From a virus (taxonomy: Duplodnaviria; Heunggongvirae; Uroviricota; Caudoviricetes): a DNA stretch of 48,538 bases. The notes below the pieces were generated by a model that saw only the letters and a program-made list of their open reading frames with translations, did no database searches and was not told the DNA's origin. Of the stretch, positions 30,698-39,025 are shown one piece after another (position 1 is the stretch's first letter; each line of letters begins with the position of its first letter). Both the position numbers and the translations under genes were made by a program. Where the stretch lies: IMG/VR virus record IMGVR_UViG_2740892445_000002; one strand, 5' to 3'.

Positions 30698-30827
30698 CGC
30701 TAAAAAAATACAAAACGTCACGTCACTCTGACAATACGAAGCACCATAAAATGTGAGTTATTTATCAATTCTTAATTCTGGTTACAGGAATATTCCGAAT
30801 CAAATCTTTAAAAAAAGAAATTCAAAT

Positions 30828-30930
30828 GCATGGTGCCGGGTGCCTCCCGGTGAACAGACCGTCCGTGATACCAGTAGGCAACACAGGAAATTAATGGTAT
30901 CACCCCACCGCACAGGGGGATTCACCATGC
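30828..30930 (-). repeat. tRNA-like cloverleaf repeat unit 4 (candidate structured ncRNA)
   Basis: Same conserved blocks; terminal stem GCATGGTG/CACCATGC; interior closed by GTGATACCA/TGGTATCAC. Confidence 0.5.
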
Positions 30931-31320
30931 AGGCGTTTTCTTAGCAAACTAACTGCGCGCCCGGCAACTCCCAACCACATAAAACGTGGAGTTTGTAGCA
31001 TTTATGCACATAACTCACAGGGGTTATCTTAAAAAAAGCTGACCATGCTTCCCCGGCAACGCAATAACTTTATTCCCTGAAGTGGCATCCCCCGTATTGT
31101 CGGCAGGCTCAAAAAGGAGCCAGTCATCTGAGGATGACTGGAAAAAGGAAAGATAAAAAATTATTCATCATACAACCTTCGTTGCAGGGGAGAATCCTGC
31201 GGTGCAGCAACATACAAAAACATAAGCCAACTAACAATATGCAGGCATAGCATTTTCGGATTTTGTTATATGGCACGGTAACTGAATGCTTACCTGATAT
31301 ACAGTCCGGTATAAAGTTGC

Positions 31321-31342
31321 AAAAAACCGCCAGTTAAGGCGG
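31321..31342 (-). terminator. intrinsic terminator downstream of tRNA genes
   Basis: Minus-strand CCGCC-UUAACU-GGCGG followed by UUUUUU. Confidence 0.55.
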
Positions 31343-31582
31343 CATTCAAACAGACAACAGGATTTTTTCGTAATTTTAACAACTTCGGGGTGGCGCATCG
31401 TCAGCCCCTGTCAGGAAGTACCAGAACTCCCACCAACAATATCCCCCCATTCAGCGTTATCAAACACAGCACAGAAACTATCAATGTTTGCTGTTACAGT
31501 TAGGGAAAAAACGATAAATACGCCACAGGCTCTTTTTGCTGTGAAGTAAAAACTGATCTGAAAGACTGCTCATCATTTATTT

Positions 31583-31660
31583 TGCTGGACCGTCACCGGG
31601 GACTCGAACCCCGCATTTTCAACATAAAAAGGTTGATGCTCTTTCCTGATGAGCTAGTGA
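31583..31660 (-). tRNA. tRNA-like gene with 8-nt anticodon loop CUUUUUAU (Lys-UUU-like; possible variant or pseudogene)
   Basis: Acceptor stem CCGTCAC/GTGACGG, D arm GCTC-ATCAGGAAA-GAGC, T arm CGGGG-TTCGAGT-CCCCG, encoded CCA; anticodon loop one nt too long. Confidence 0.55.
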
Positions 31661-31662
31661 CG

Positions 31663-31737
31663 GCATGGTTGCCTTGCTGGATTTGAACCAGCGACCTGGC
31701 GATTATGAGTCTCTCGCTCTCACCACTGAGCTAAAGG
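31663..31737 (-). tRNA. tRNA-like gene with CAU anticodon (Met/Ile2-like), imperfect acceptor and anticodon stems; possible pseudogene
   Basis: D arm GCTC-AGTGGTGA-GAGC, anticodon loop CTCATAA, T arm GCTGG-TTCAAAT-CCAGC, CCA; only 4 of 7 acceptor pairs form by my reading. Confidence 0.45.
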
Positions 31738-31780
31738 GCCGGGAACAGAATAATAATGGTGCGTAATTAATTCTGCAATC

Positions 31781-32839
31781 TCATCCCTTCTGGCTGACTA
31801 AATCCTGAACTTCCCTGACCGTCTGCTCAAAACGCTCAGTCTCCAGCTCAACGCCAATCGCACGACGCCCCAGTGCCAGCGCCGCTTTGACTGTCGAACC
31901 CGACCCCATGAAGAAATCCGCAACCAGGTCACCCGGACGACTACTCGCTCTGATTATCTGCTGCAGCATTTCTGCCGGTTTTTCGCACGGATGTTTCCCG
32001 GGATAGAACTGCACCGGTTTATGCGTCCACACATCGGTATATGGCACCTGCGCCGTCACGCCAAAATACCGCCGCAGATGCTTATATTCACACTGCAGTT
32101 CCGCATACTGCCGGTTCAGTGAGGTATACGCGGCAACCAGCTGGTGGTGTGGCTTTTCCAGTTCACCGCACTGATGTTTCTCTTCTGCCACCCTGGCAAA
32201 CAGCGCCTGCAATTTCAGATAATCGCGTTCATTCGGTAACTGCCACTGACTGGTACTGAACCAGTGCGACACCATATTTTTCTTGCCCGTGGCCTCTGCA
32301 ATCTGTTTTGCCGTTATCCCCAGGGCTGCACGCGCATCACGAAAGTAAGAAATCAGCGGGGCCATCACATGCTGTTTCAGTTCCCTGCCCTTCGCACCAT
32401 AGCCATCATCTTTCGGAAGGTACGGCCCCTGATAATGTTCCGCAAACAGAATGCGCTCTGTGGCCGGGAAATACGCACGCAGGCTTTCCTTGTTGCACCC
32501 GTTCCAGCGTCCGGATGGCTTCGCCCAGATGATATGGTTCAGCACATTAAAGCGTTCACGCATCATGATTTCGATGTCGGATGCCAGGCGATGCCCACAG
32601 AACAGGTAAATGCTTCCCTCGGGCTTTAATACCCGCCAGAAGTGCGCCAGACACTGGTCCAGCCACTTCAGGTAATCATCATCGCCATTCCACTGGTTAT
32701 CCCAGCCATTGGGTTTTACTTTAAAGTACGGCGGGTCCGTGACTATCAGATCGACAGAGTTTTCAGGTAAGGTCTGGATAAATTCCAGGCAGTCAGCGTT
32801 GATTAACTCACAACTGGATATTTTTACAGTGTTAAGCAT
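31781..32839 (-). CDS. DNA N6-adenine methyltransferase (orphan, beta-class)
   Basis: 352 aa with DPPY motif (IVTDPPYFKV) followed later by FxGxG-like FFMGSGST; no adjacent restriction gene. Confidence 0.85.
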   Translation of the reverse strand: MLNTVKISSCELINADCLEFIQTLPENSVDLIVTDPPYFKVKPNGWDNQWNGDDDYLKWLDQCLAHFWRVLKPEGSIYLFCGHRLASDIEIMMRERFNVLNHIIWAKPSGRWNGCNKESLRAYFPATERILFAEHYQGPYLPKDDGYGAKGRELKQHVMAPLISYFRDARAALGITAKQIAEATGKKNMVSHWFSTSQWQLPNERDYLKLQALFARVAEEKHQCGELEKPHHQLVAAYTSLNRQYAELQCEYKHLRRYFGVTAQVPYTDVWTHKPVQFYPGKHPCEKPAEMLQQIIRASSRPGDLVADFFMGSGSTVKAALALGRRAIGVELETERFEQTVREVQDLVSQKG

Positions 32840-32988
32840 GGATCATTAAGCCTGTCTCTGATAGGCTCATTCTGCTTTTGCGCAAAGCAGTGGGCCTGAG
32901 GTTTGCTTGTGATCCCGATGCATGAGCAGATGGCTGGTGAGTGCCTCTAACACCACCAGCCGCCCATTTACCACAAATAAAAAAGCCT

Positions 32989-33186
32989 TCAGGACTGAAG
33001 GCGTCTGTAACAACCGAACTGATAGTCTGCCAGACCCGCCATAACAAGCTGGGTCAGTATTAACTGGCAGCGCTCGCGTGAAAGGTAAGTATTCTGCGCA
33101 ATCTCCCCGACTGTCGCCGGTTCGGTGACACTTAATTCATTAAACACCACTCTGGCGGTTTCGGTCATATCCTGCTGTTTTAGCAT
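32989..33186 (-). CDS. small protein (about 65 aa), first ORF after tR'
   Basis: Internal Met MLKQQDMTETARVV... preceded by AAAGGGAAAAAG; longer ORF would begin inside the terminator region. Confidence 0.45.
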   Translation of the reverse strand: MLKQQDMTETARVVFNELSVTEPATVGEIAQNTYLSRERCQLILTQLVMAGLADYQFGCYRRLQS

Positions 33187-33308
33187 GTCTTTTTCCCTTT
33201 TCCGGTTAACGTGACACACCAATAACTCTTGTCGAAAAAGCCAGCAAGCTGAAAGACCGGTATTCACCACCACCAGCGCGTTTAACGTACTGGACCGATT
33301 TCAGTCAT

Positions 33309-33330
33309 AAAAAACCCGCCAGGCGGCGGG
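33309..33330 (-). terminator. tR'-like intrinsic terminator downstream of late promoter
   Basis: Minus-strand CCCGCC-GCCU-GGCGGG followed by UUUUUUAU. Confidence 0.65.
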
Positions 33331-33379
33331 GTGTAAAAACTCTTCTAACGTCAGGCATAAAACGCCCATTGTTAGAGCA

Positions 33380-33407
33380 AAATTACCACAGATTCCGGAA
33401 AAATCAA
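33380..33407 (-). promoter_or_regulatory. late promoter pR'-like (TTGATT-16-TAATTT) immediately downstream of Q
   Basis: Sigma70-like hexamers with 16-nt spacer between Q stop and tR'-like terminator; coordinates approximate. Confidence 0.55.
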
Positions 33408-33412
33408 CAACC

Positions 33413-34234
33413 CTATCGCGTTACCCTCTTCAACTGCCACTCTGCCCATGCCTCTGCAATATCAAACCGGACCACCAGCGTGTCATAGAATTGCTTAACT
33501 GTTTTTTCCCATGAAGCGCGTGTTATCTGATTTGTCACCTCACATATGGCATCAAATGCCTCCGTTGAAGGTAATCTTTCATAGCCACGCCCACCACAAC
33601 GCTGACAGTTTCTGAAAACCGGCATACCTCGTTTTTCAGACTCTTCACGATGAATGGCAACACCGCGCCCACGGCAATCTTTACAGGCAGTGGAGACCTC
33701 CCCCTTTCCACCACACTCCGGACAGGCAACTTTTACCACCTCCCTGACTTTTTTCCATTCCTCCCAGTAAGACGGATACACGCCTTTTGTACACTTTGCC
33801 CATACTGGCGGCTTACCATCCGGATACTGAATCTTGTTTGTAAAAATCTCGCTTTCAATAAATTTTTTTCCGTGACAGCATGGGCACTGTTTTTTGCTCG
33901 CCGCGCTCCGGGCATAATCCTCAAACGCATACGAAGCCATAATGCGCATCACTACCGGTTTTATTTCTGCCGGAAGTTTTCTTAACGCTGCCACGCGATC
34001 ACACCGACTGAGAGCGTATTCTGCCAGCAGTTCTGTTGCCCGCTCCCTGTCATTCATACTGATGCCCATTTTCCCAAGGAACGCAGAAAACCCCATCTCA
34101 GCCCGATTCTGTGTCATGCCCTGCGCTGCCATCACATCAGTGATACTCAGCGCATCTTTTGACGTTGAGGCCGATGCATCCGTCAGACCCGGTGATTTTG
34201 GGGAATAGTATTTTGGTAAATCTTCCAGTTTCAT
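33413..34234 (-). CDS. Q: late-gene antitermination protein Q (zinc-finger Q family of lambdoid prophages)
   Basis: 273 aa, four CxxC motifs (CPCCHGKK, CPECGGKG, CKDCRGRG, CQRCGGRG); located directly upstream of pR'/tR'. Confidence 0.8.
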   Translation of the reverse strand: MKLEDLPKYYSPKSPGLTDASASTSKDALSITDVMAAQGMTQNRAEMGFSAFLGKMGISMNDRERATELLAEYALSRCDRVAALRKLPAEIKPVVMRIMASYAFEDYARSAASKKQCPCCHGKKFIESEIFTNKIQYPDGKPPVWAKCTKGVYPSYWEEWKKVREVVKVACPECGGKGEVSTACKDCRGRGVAIHREESEKRGMPVFRNCQRCGGRGYERLPSTEAFDAICEVTNQITRASWEKTVKQFYDTLVVRFDIAEAWAEWQLKRVTR

Positions 34235-34605
34235 TCTTTTGCCTGCCCGCCATGCGTTATTTCGTAAATTTTCACACCAAGCCGTCCGCCTGGAACAGGC
34301 AGACCGCGCACAATATTAATTTCATCAAACTGCTCGTCGTCGATAAGTAGTCCTGCATGCGTCAGCGCATCCAGTAGCGCTTTCAGAATGTTGTCCAGGT
34401 CACGACTGCGCTTATCCGGTGGCTCTGCAATAATTTTTATTGTCAGCCTTCCGGGCAGGCTTAATTTCAACCGCTGCTGGCGAACAATAAGCGCTACTGC
34501 CCGGCGATAGCGCTTTCCCTCCTCAGATATAAAATATGTGCTGCCACGGCGTCGCCAGTAAGTGTTCACCGTCGGCGGGTAAGGTAAAACCAAATCTATG
34601 AGCAT
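34231..34605 (-). CDS. rusA: Holliday junction resolvase RusA
   Basis: 124 aa, ...PPTVNTYWRRRG..., ...RDLDN.LKALLDALT.AG...DD.QF... RusA motifs. Confidence 0.9.
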   Translation of the reverse strand: MLIDLVLPYPPTVNTYWRRRGSTYFISEEGKRYRRAVALIVRQQRLKLSLPGRLTIKIIAEPPDKRSRDLDNILKALLDALTHAGLLIDDEQFDEINIVRGLPVPGGRLGVKIYEITHGGQAKE

Positions 34606-34617
34606 CAGTCACCTCTT

Positions 34618-35667
34618 TTACCCGAGCACGCCAGTCGCAAAGGCGTGATCAAGAAAACGAAAAATTAACTCAACCTGGGACCCGTACTTTTTCTCAAACT
34701 CCAGCGGGTCAGCATGAAGTTCGTTGTGGTGCTCCCGGCACAACGGTAGCGTGAAAATATCGTGGGATTTTGTCCCCATTCCGCCCTGACCATGACCAAT
34801 CAGGTGATGCGGATCGTCGGCTGGCTTACCACAACACACGCACGGCTGTGTCTTTACCCAGCGCGTGTATTTCTCATTTACCCAACGGCGACGTTTAGGC
34901 CGCTTCATGAACGATTCAGGAGACTCCGGATCAACGGCTATACTGACCACCGCTTTTTTCTGTGGTGGATTTTGTTGCTGGTGGACGTGAAGTGGCAGCG
35001 CAATATTTTTTGTGCGCTGCTTCAGTATGCTGGTGGCGGTCTGCGCTCCCGGAATGATGTCACTCTCACGATATACGGAGCGGATTTTTTCCACCGGTAA
35101 TCCCAGCGAACGACGCAATACAGACTCAGGAAGCGCATCAGCCACCTGATTGCAGACCGCCCACCAGGATAATTCAGCCAGCGATAATTCACGTTCCTGT
35201 GCGCCATTCATTGCATGCCGAATGACGTCAATCATCCAGGCAACCAGATTCTGTTGAGCAAGTTGCTCCAGTGAATCAGATGTCTGCTCCCGCAGGTGGT
35301 TGTCGCAGTGCCAGCACAACACCATCGCGCCGGTACCGTAACGGTGAATGACGGTTTCGCTGTGATGATAATCGCCGTGTGGCCACTGGCAGGATTTCAC
35401 GTGACGTAATAACCAGTCAGACAGTACACCAGCGCCACCCGCAGCACGGATCACCCGCTCATCGCTGAAAAATGGCAGTAATGATTTATCTTCCGCCAGC
35501 GGCTGGCGAACGGCAGGTACACCCCCAGACGGCAGAGCACGCATGCTTTTCGGTTCCGGCTCCACCAGCACCCTGCCGCAATGAAAAACAGGCAGTGATT
35601 CGCGTCCGGGCTTAAGGACCACCAGGCCAAGTTCCGGCACCAGAACAGGTCGAAGTAATACCCGCAC
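34618..35667 (-). CDS. DUF968-type prophage protein with C-terminal HNH-like zinc motif (YdfU-like)
   Basis: 349 aa; C-terminal ...CVCCGKPADDPHHLIGHG...CREHHNELH... Confidence 0.65.
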   Translation of the reverse strand: MRVLLRPVLVPELGLVVLKPGRESLPVFHCGRVLVEPEPKSMRALPSGGVPAVRQPLAEDKSLLPFFSDERVIRAAGGAGVLSDWLLRHVKSCQWPHGDYHHSETVIHRYGTGAMVLCWHCDNHLREQTSDSLEQLAQQNLVAWMIDVIRHAMNGAQERELSLAELSWWAVCNQVADALPESVLRRSLGLPVEKIRSVYRESDIIPGAQTATSILKQRTKNIALPLHVHQQQNPPQKKAVVSIAVDPESPESFMKRPKRRRWVNEKYTRWVKTQPCVCCGKPADDPHHLIGHGQGGMGTKSHDIFTLPLCREHHNELHADPLEFEKKYGSQVELIFRFLDHAFATGVLG

Positions 35668-35668
35668 G

Positions 35669-35959
35669 TTACCTCCAGATACGTTGCTGGAATGTGCGGG
35701 ACGGACGCGGTGGATGTTCGGAATAAGGGAGCCTGACAGAGATTATCCAGTGACGATAATCGAGGCTGATGGCTTTCTTAACCTCGTATCCGCGCCTGCG
35801 GTAACACTGAATCAGCCATTCGGCCTGTTCTTCAGTGCATGGGGGATGCTGGTACCAGTCGGTTTTAAATACGTGCGAATGCCGCCCCCGCTTAATGGCC
35901 GGGACGGCTTCAGAATTGTGGGATTTTATACGTTGCGCCATCGGGTTCTCCGGTGACAC
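35669..35959 (-). CDS. hypothetical protein
   Basis: 96 aa ORF, start overlaps upstream gene stop; no family recognised. Confidence 0.4.
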   Translation of the reverse strand: MSPENPMAQRIKSHNSEAVPAIKRGRHSHVFKTDWYQHPPCTEEQAEWLIQCYRRRGYEVKKAISLDYRHWIISVRLPYSEHPPRPSRTFQQRIWR

Positions 35960-36107
35960 AGCAGGTGCCAGTTGTTCAGGCTGGCGTGCGAATTGTAAAC
36001 CAGAATGTCAAGAAAAAACAAAACCCGCAGAAGCGGGTTAAGTGCGGGTGCGTTGAGGATGCCTGACACATCAGAGGTGGCGAGGGATTTCTCCCTCGCC
36101 GGGTCTC

Positions 36108-36263
36108 TTACTTCTCAGATTCGTAAGCTGTGAAGACAGCGACCTCCGTCTGGCCGGTTCGGATTCGTACCTCGCAGAGGTCTTTCCTCGTTACCAGTAC
36201 CGTTACAACGACGGTAATACAGATGACGATCAGGGCGATTAGCATCGCCTTTTGCTGCTTCAT
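36108..36263 (-). CDS. hokD: Hok-family type I toxin (HokD/RelF-like)
   Basis: 51 aa MKQQKAMLIALIVICITVVVTVLVTRKDLCEVRIRTGQTEVAVFTAYESEK, near-identical to my recollection of HokD. Confidence 0.9.
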   Translation of the reverse strand: MKQQKAMLIALIVICITVVVTVLVTRKDLCEVRIRTGQTEVAVFTAYESEK

Positions 36264-36440
36264 AGCCTGCTGCTCCTTGCCTTTCGGCGCGTAAGAGGCT
36301 AATCTAAGTGTGCAAGTCATAGATATGGCCTCAGATTAATGTTAAGCGTCCTGCAAGACGCATAATGTTAACTGGGGCTTTTCTCTGTCTGCCTTACGTC
36401 GGCATGCCCGAGGCAGACAGCCTCAAGCACCCGCAGCAAT
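36264..36440. promoter_or_regulatory. hok mRNA leader / mok start / antisense Sok region
   Basis: Minus-strand leader GGGUGCUUGAGGCUGUCUGCCUC... resembles hok mRNA 5' end; in-frame upstream start MTCTLRL... Confidence 0.45.
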
Positions 36441-36513
36441 TCTACTTAACTCTCGCTTTACCGCAAACCGTTTTACCCGATATGGGAATGCCCATATCGC
36501 AATGAATTCAGTT

Positions 36514-36612
36514 TCACATCCGATCCATCAAAAACACAACCAGGCAGTAAACGCCCACAACAGAAATAACGGCCAGCGCGCCTTCCATTGCCAGTGAAAT
36601 ATCATCCGACAT
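36514..36612 (-). CDS. small hydrophobic peptide (32 aa)
   Basis: MSDDISLAMEGALAVISVVGVYCLVVFLMDRM behind AAGGAGGG Shine-Dalgarno; below track cutoff, found by hand. Confidence 0.35.
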   Translation of the reverse strand: MSDDISLAMEGALAVISVVGVYCLVVFLMDRM

Positions 36613-36647
36613 ATTCCCTCCTTTGGTGTTAATCCCGGCGAACGTTT

Positions 36648-36731
36648 TTACCCCCACCGACAAATAACATATACTAAAAAAGCGATAGCCATAGCAACGC
36701 CTGTAATTGCAAATGCTTCAGGCCAGTTCAT
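36648..36731 (-). CDS. small hydrophobic peptide (27 aa)
   Basis: MNWPEAFAITGVAMAIAFLVYVICRWG; ATG overlaps stop of upstream 189-aa gene (ATGA). Confidence 0.3.
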   Translation of the reverse strand: MNWPEAFAITGVAMAIAFLVYVICRWG

Positions 36732-37297
36732 TGGCGCACTTTCTGCGGCGGTTCAGGTAGAAGCATCCGATTGATTACATCGCATTCAGGGATGCTGATA
36801 TCATCACCAAGCCATCCTTGACCTTCAGACCAGCATTGCACGTAATACCCGTATTCTGTGTTCACTACGCACCACTGCCCGTCATCCGGCATTCGCTCAC
36901 TACAGCTTATCCAACCATCCGGAGTTACCGGATGGTTGGTTGACGTTTCCGAGATTTCCCGAAAATTATTGGTTGACGAACCCTTATGTTCCCGAAAGTT
37001 TCCAGCCTGAAGCATGGCGGCGCGGTGACACCAGATAATCCAGCCAAGCGCCATATCCCATGCCATGTATTCTCTATCGCCATTTTTTGCTCTGCGGCGA
37101 TCTACAGATTCTCCGAAACGCTTCTCCATAAATAATTCATAGGCTGCTCGTTCATCCGATACTGCTGCCAGTGATGCCAGTGCAATCCGTGCCAGCTCTT
37201 CCGCTTCTTCTGCTGGAAGCACAACGTTGCTACCAGGTCCGTATGTTTCGCGCCACTGCTTGATTGTCAGTAGTCGCTCTTTGGTAATAGTGATCAT
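36728..37297 (-). CDS. DUF551-like prophage protein
   Basis: 189 aa; C-terminal Trp/Cys-rich WISCSERMPDDGQWCVVNTEYGYYVQCW... Confidence 0.55.
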   Translation of the reverse strand: MITITKERLLTIKQWRETYGPGSNVVLPAEEAEELARIALASLAAVSDERAAYELFMEKRFGESVDRRRAKNGDREYMAWDMALGWIIWCHRAAMLQAGNFREHKGSSTNNFREISETSTNHPVTPDGWISCSERMPDDGQWCVVNTEYGYYVQCWSEGQGWLGDDISIPECDVINRMLLPEPPQKVRQ

Positions 37298-37809
37298 GCC
37301 GCGTTTCCTTCTTTCTTATTAACAATTACACCGTCATATATTTCATTAAGGTGCCCTCTCAACTCCATGCGCCTTAATGCAGATAACATGTAATCGCATT
37401 CAACCTGCTTATTTCCGGTAAATGGCTTATCGTCAGGATTACCCCAACAGCAATTACCCTTGGGCCACCCATATACTTTCCGTACTCTTCCATTAACAAC
37501 GTGAAGTAATCCCCAGCCAGGTGGTAAATCCTCAATTGAAATAATTCCCGGCTCACTAATAAAGAATCGCCAGTCCCCCATGCCAAGAGAGGGATTTTTA
37601 CGGAAACGCTTTTTTCTATCTGCCAACAAGTCAGCACGAGAACACTTCGCCTCTATCAGGCATGATGCTGAATTTCTGAATCCCATAGCATCTGGTTGTT
37701 CTCCAGTACTGGTTACAGCAACAAAGCGGTCATGAAAGCAAACCTTGAACCCGTTGCGCTTAAGGAACCTGTAGGCAATCTGACAGAGTTCGCGGTGTGT
37801 TAACGCCAT
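37294..37809 (-). CDS. hypothetical protein with PD-(D/E)xK nuclease-like motif
   Basis: 171 aa; ...EQPDAMGF...CLIEAKCS... (PD then E-x-K 12 residues later). Confidence 0.45.
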   Translation of the reverse strand: MALTHRELCQIAYRFLKRNGFKVCFHDRFVAVTSTGEQPDAMGFRNSASCLIEAKCSRADLLADRKKRFRKNPSLGMGDWRFFISEPGIISIEDLPPGWGLLHVVNGRVRKVYGWPKGNCCWGNPDDKPFTGNKQVECDYMLSALRRMELRGHLNEIYDGVIVNKKEGNAA

Positions 37810-37810
37810 C

Positions 37811-38170
37811 TCATTCTCCTTTGATGCGAATGTTTACAACCTGACAAGCCTCTTTGAGTACCCAGTCAACAGCATCTTTCCATGCACCTGTTTCGACTGG
37901 TGGATTCTCACGCTTTACCTGTTCATAAAAGCGCACGGCTTTAACTAGTCCTTCTGATGTCACCGGGGCTGGCGGGGCCGTGAATAACGCCTGAATTTCA
38001 TAGTTCGGTCTGTCGTTACAATCTTCTTTTGTCTGGACATATTTCCAGTCACCAGCCCACTGCTTCCCCTGAAAGTCTGTAACGCCTTTTTTCACGTAGC
38101 GATATCGCCATGCCACTGGTTTTGCCTGCCCTGCCTTTTCATGCCCTTCCTGATAATTAATCTCGCTCAT
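37811..38170 (-). CDS. hypothetical protein
   Basis: 119 aa, start overlaps stop of upstream small ORF. Confidence 0.45.
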   Translation of the reverse strand: MSEINYQEGHEKAGQAKPVAWRYRYVKKGVTDFQGKQWAGDWKYVQTKEDCNDRPNYEIQALFTAPPAPVTSEGLVKAVRFYEQVKRENPPVETGAWKDAVDWVLKEACQVVNIRIKGE

Positions 38171-38343
38171 TCATCGCCCCACTCATCACAATATGCTTCG
38201 ACCGGAGTTTTCCCTGCTTCATAATCATCACGCCATGCTTCAGCATCAGCGGCACTTCCACCGCGTAACTCTGCATAATCCATTAACAGTTCATGCCATT
38301 CTTCAAAACTGGCGTTATATTTAGTTGAACCAAAATCAGCCAT
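38171..38343 (-). CDS. small hypothetical protein (57 aa)
   Basis: Hand-found ORF MADFGSTKYNASFEEWHELLMDYAEL..., coupled to both neighbours. Confidence 0.35.
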
Positions 38344-38518
38344 TTTGTCCTTCCTCTTCGTCTTTTATTTCGTGGTATGAGTAATTGCAGTAGTTAAAGA
38401 AAATTTCTTTTGCTTCGTCATGAATTTCATCAGGTGTTGCGTCATCATCTACTTCGAATACATCCTCAAAATCTCCACCAGCTATTCCCGTTTCAATAAT
38501 TATTTTGAATTTTCGCAT
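38336..38518 (-). CDS. small acidic hypothetical protein
   Basis: 60 aa, highly acidic. Confidence 0.4.
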   Translation of the reverse strand: MRKFKIIIETGIAGGDFEDVFEVDDDATPDEIHDEAKEIFFNYCNYSYHEIKDEEEGQNG

Positions 38519-38611
38519 TTCACTACCGCCATTTCGAACGGCCTCCTGATGTTCTGAGGGTGCAGAAATCCCTCCGGTTAAGGATTAAATTTTTAACAGT
38601 GCTAAATTTAA

Positions 38612-38968
38612 TTATTCAGTTCTTGATTTTGCCGCCCTGCGTATCCGCGCTTTCGCGTTACGCTCAATCTGAATTAGCTTTTCTATATTTCTCCGCCTTT
38701 CCCGTTCCTCCTGGCGCAAGAGCCTTACATCATCTGCCAGTCTGGTTTCTCTTTTCGCCACAGAGAGCATCCAGTCAAATGGCTCCACAACTGCACCGCA
38801 GATTTTACAGCGGACCTGACGCTCTTTTTCGTCAACCCGGACAGAGGCGTGATGACAATATGGTCTTTCCGATGGCTCATAAAGAAAATTAACCTGATTA
38901 CGTGGGTCATCCTCTTTTACCGGAAATAAAACAATATTACTTAACTCATCTTCTGGTTTTATTTCCAT
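38612..38968 (-). CDS. hypothetical zinc-ribbon protein
   Basis: Start at internal Met behind AAAGGAGAGG; C..HH...C..C motif (CHHASVRVDEKERQVRCKICG). Confidence 0.5.
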   Translation of the reverse strand: MEIKPEDELSNIVLFPVKEDDPRNQVNFLYEPSERPYCHHASVRVDEKERQVRCKICGAVVEPFDWMLSVAKRETRLADDVRLLRQEERERRRNIEKLIQIERNAKARIRRAAKSRTE

Positions 38969-39025
38969 GCTCCTCTCCTTTGATGCGAATGCCAGCGGCA
39001 ATTGAAGCCTGATAGCTAATTTCAC

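Noticed and set aside
29899-30930. CRISPR array interpretation of the four repeats
   Set aside because: Units are 100-130 bp with variable interiors and irregular 130-270 bp spacing; no cas genes; repeat ends are not identical direct repeats of CRISPR size.
30753-30944. 63-aa plus-strand ORF inside the repeat array
   Set aside because: Spans conserved structural blocks of unit 4 and has no counterpart in units 1-3; no ribosome-binding site.
29745-31560. Expected stxA/stxB toxin genes between tRNAs and nanS-p
   Set aside because: No ORF of suitable length or composition on either strand; region is non-coding repeats.
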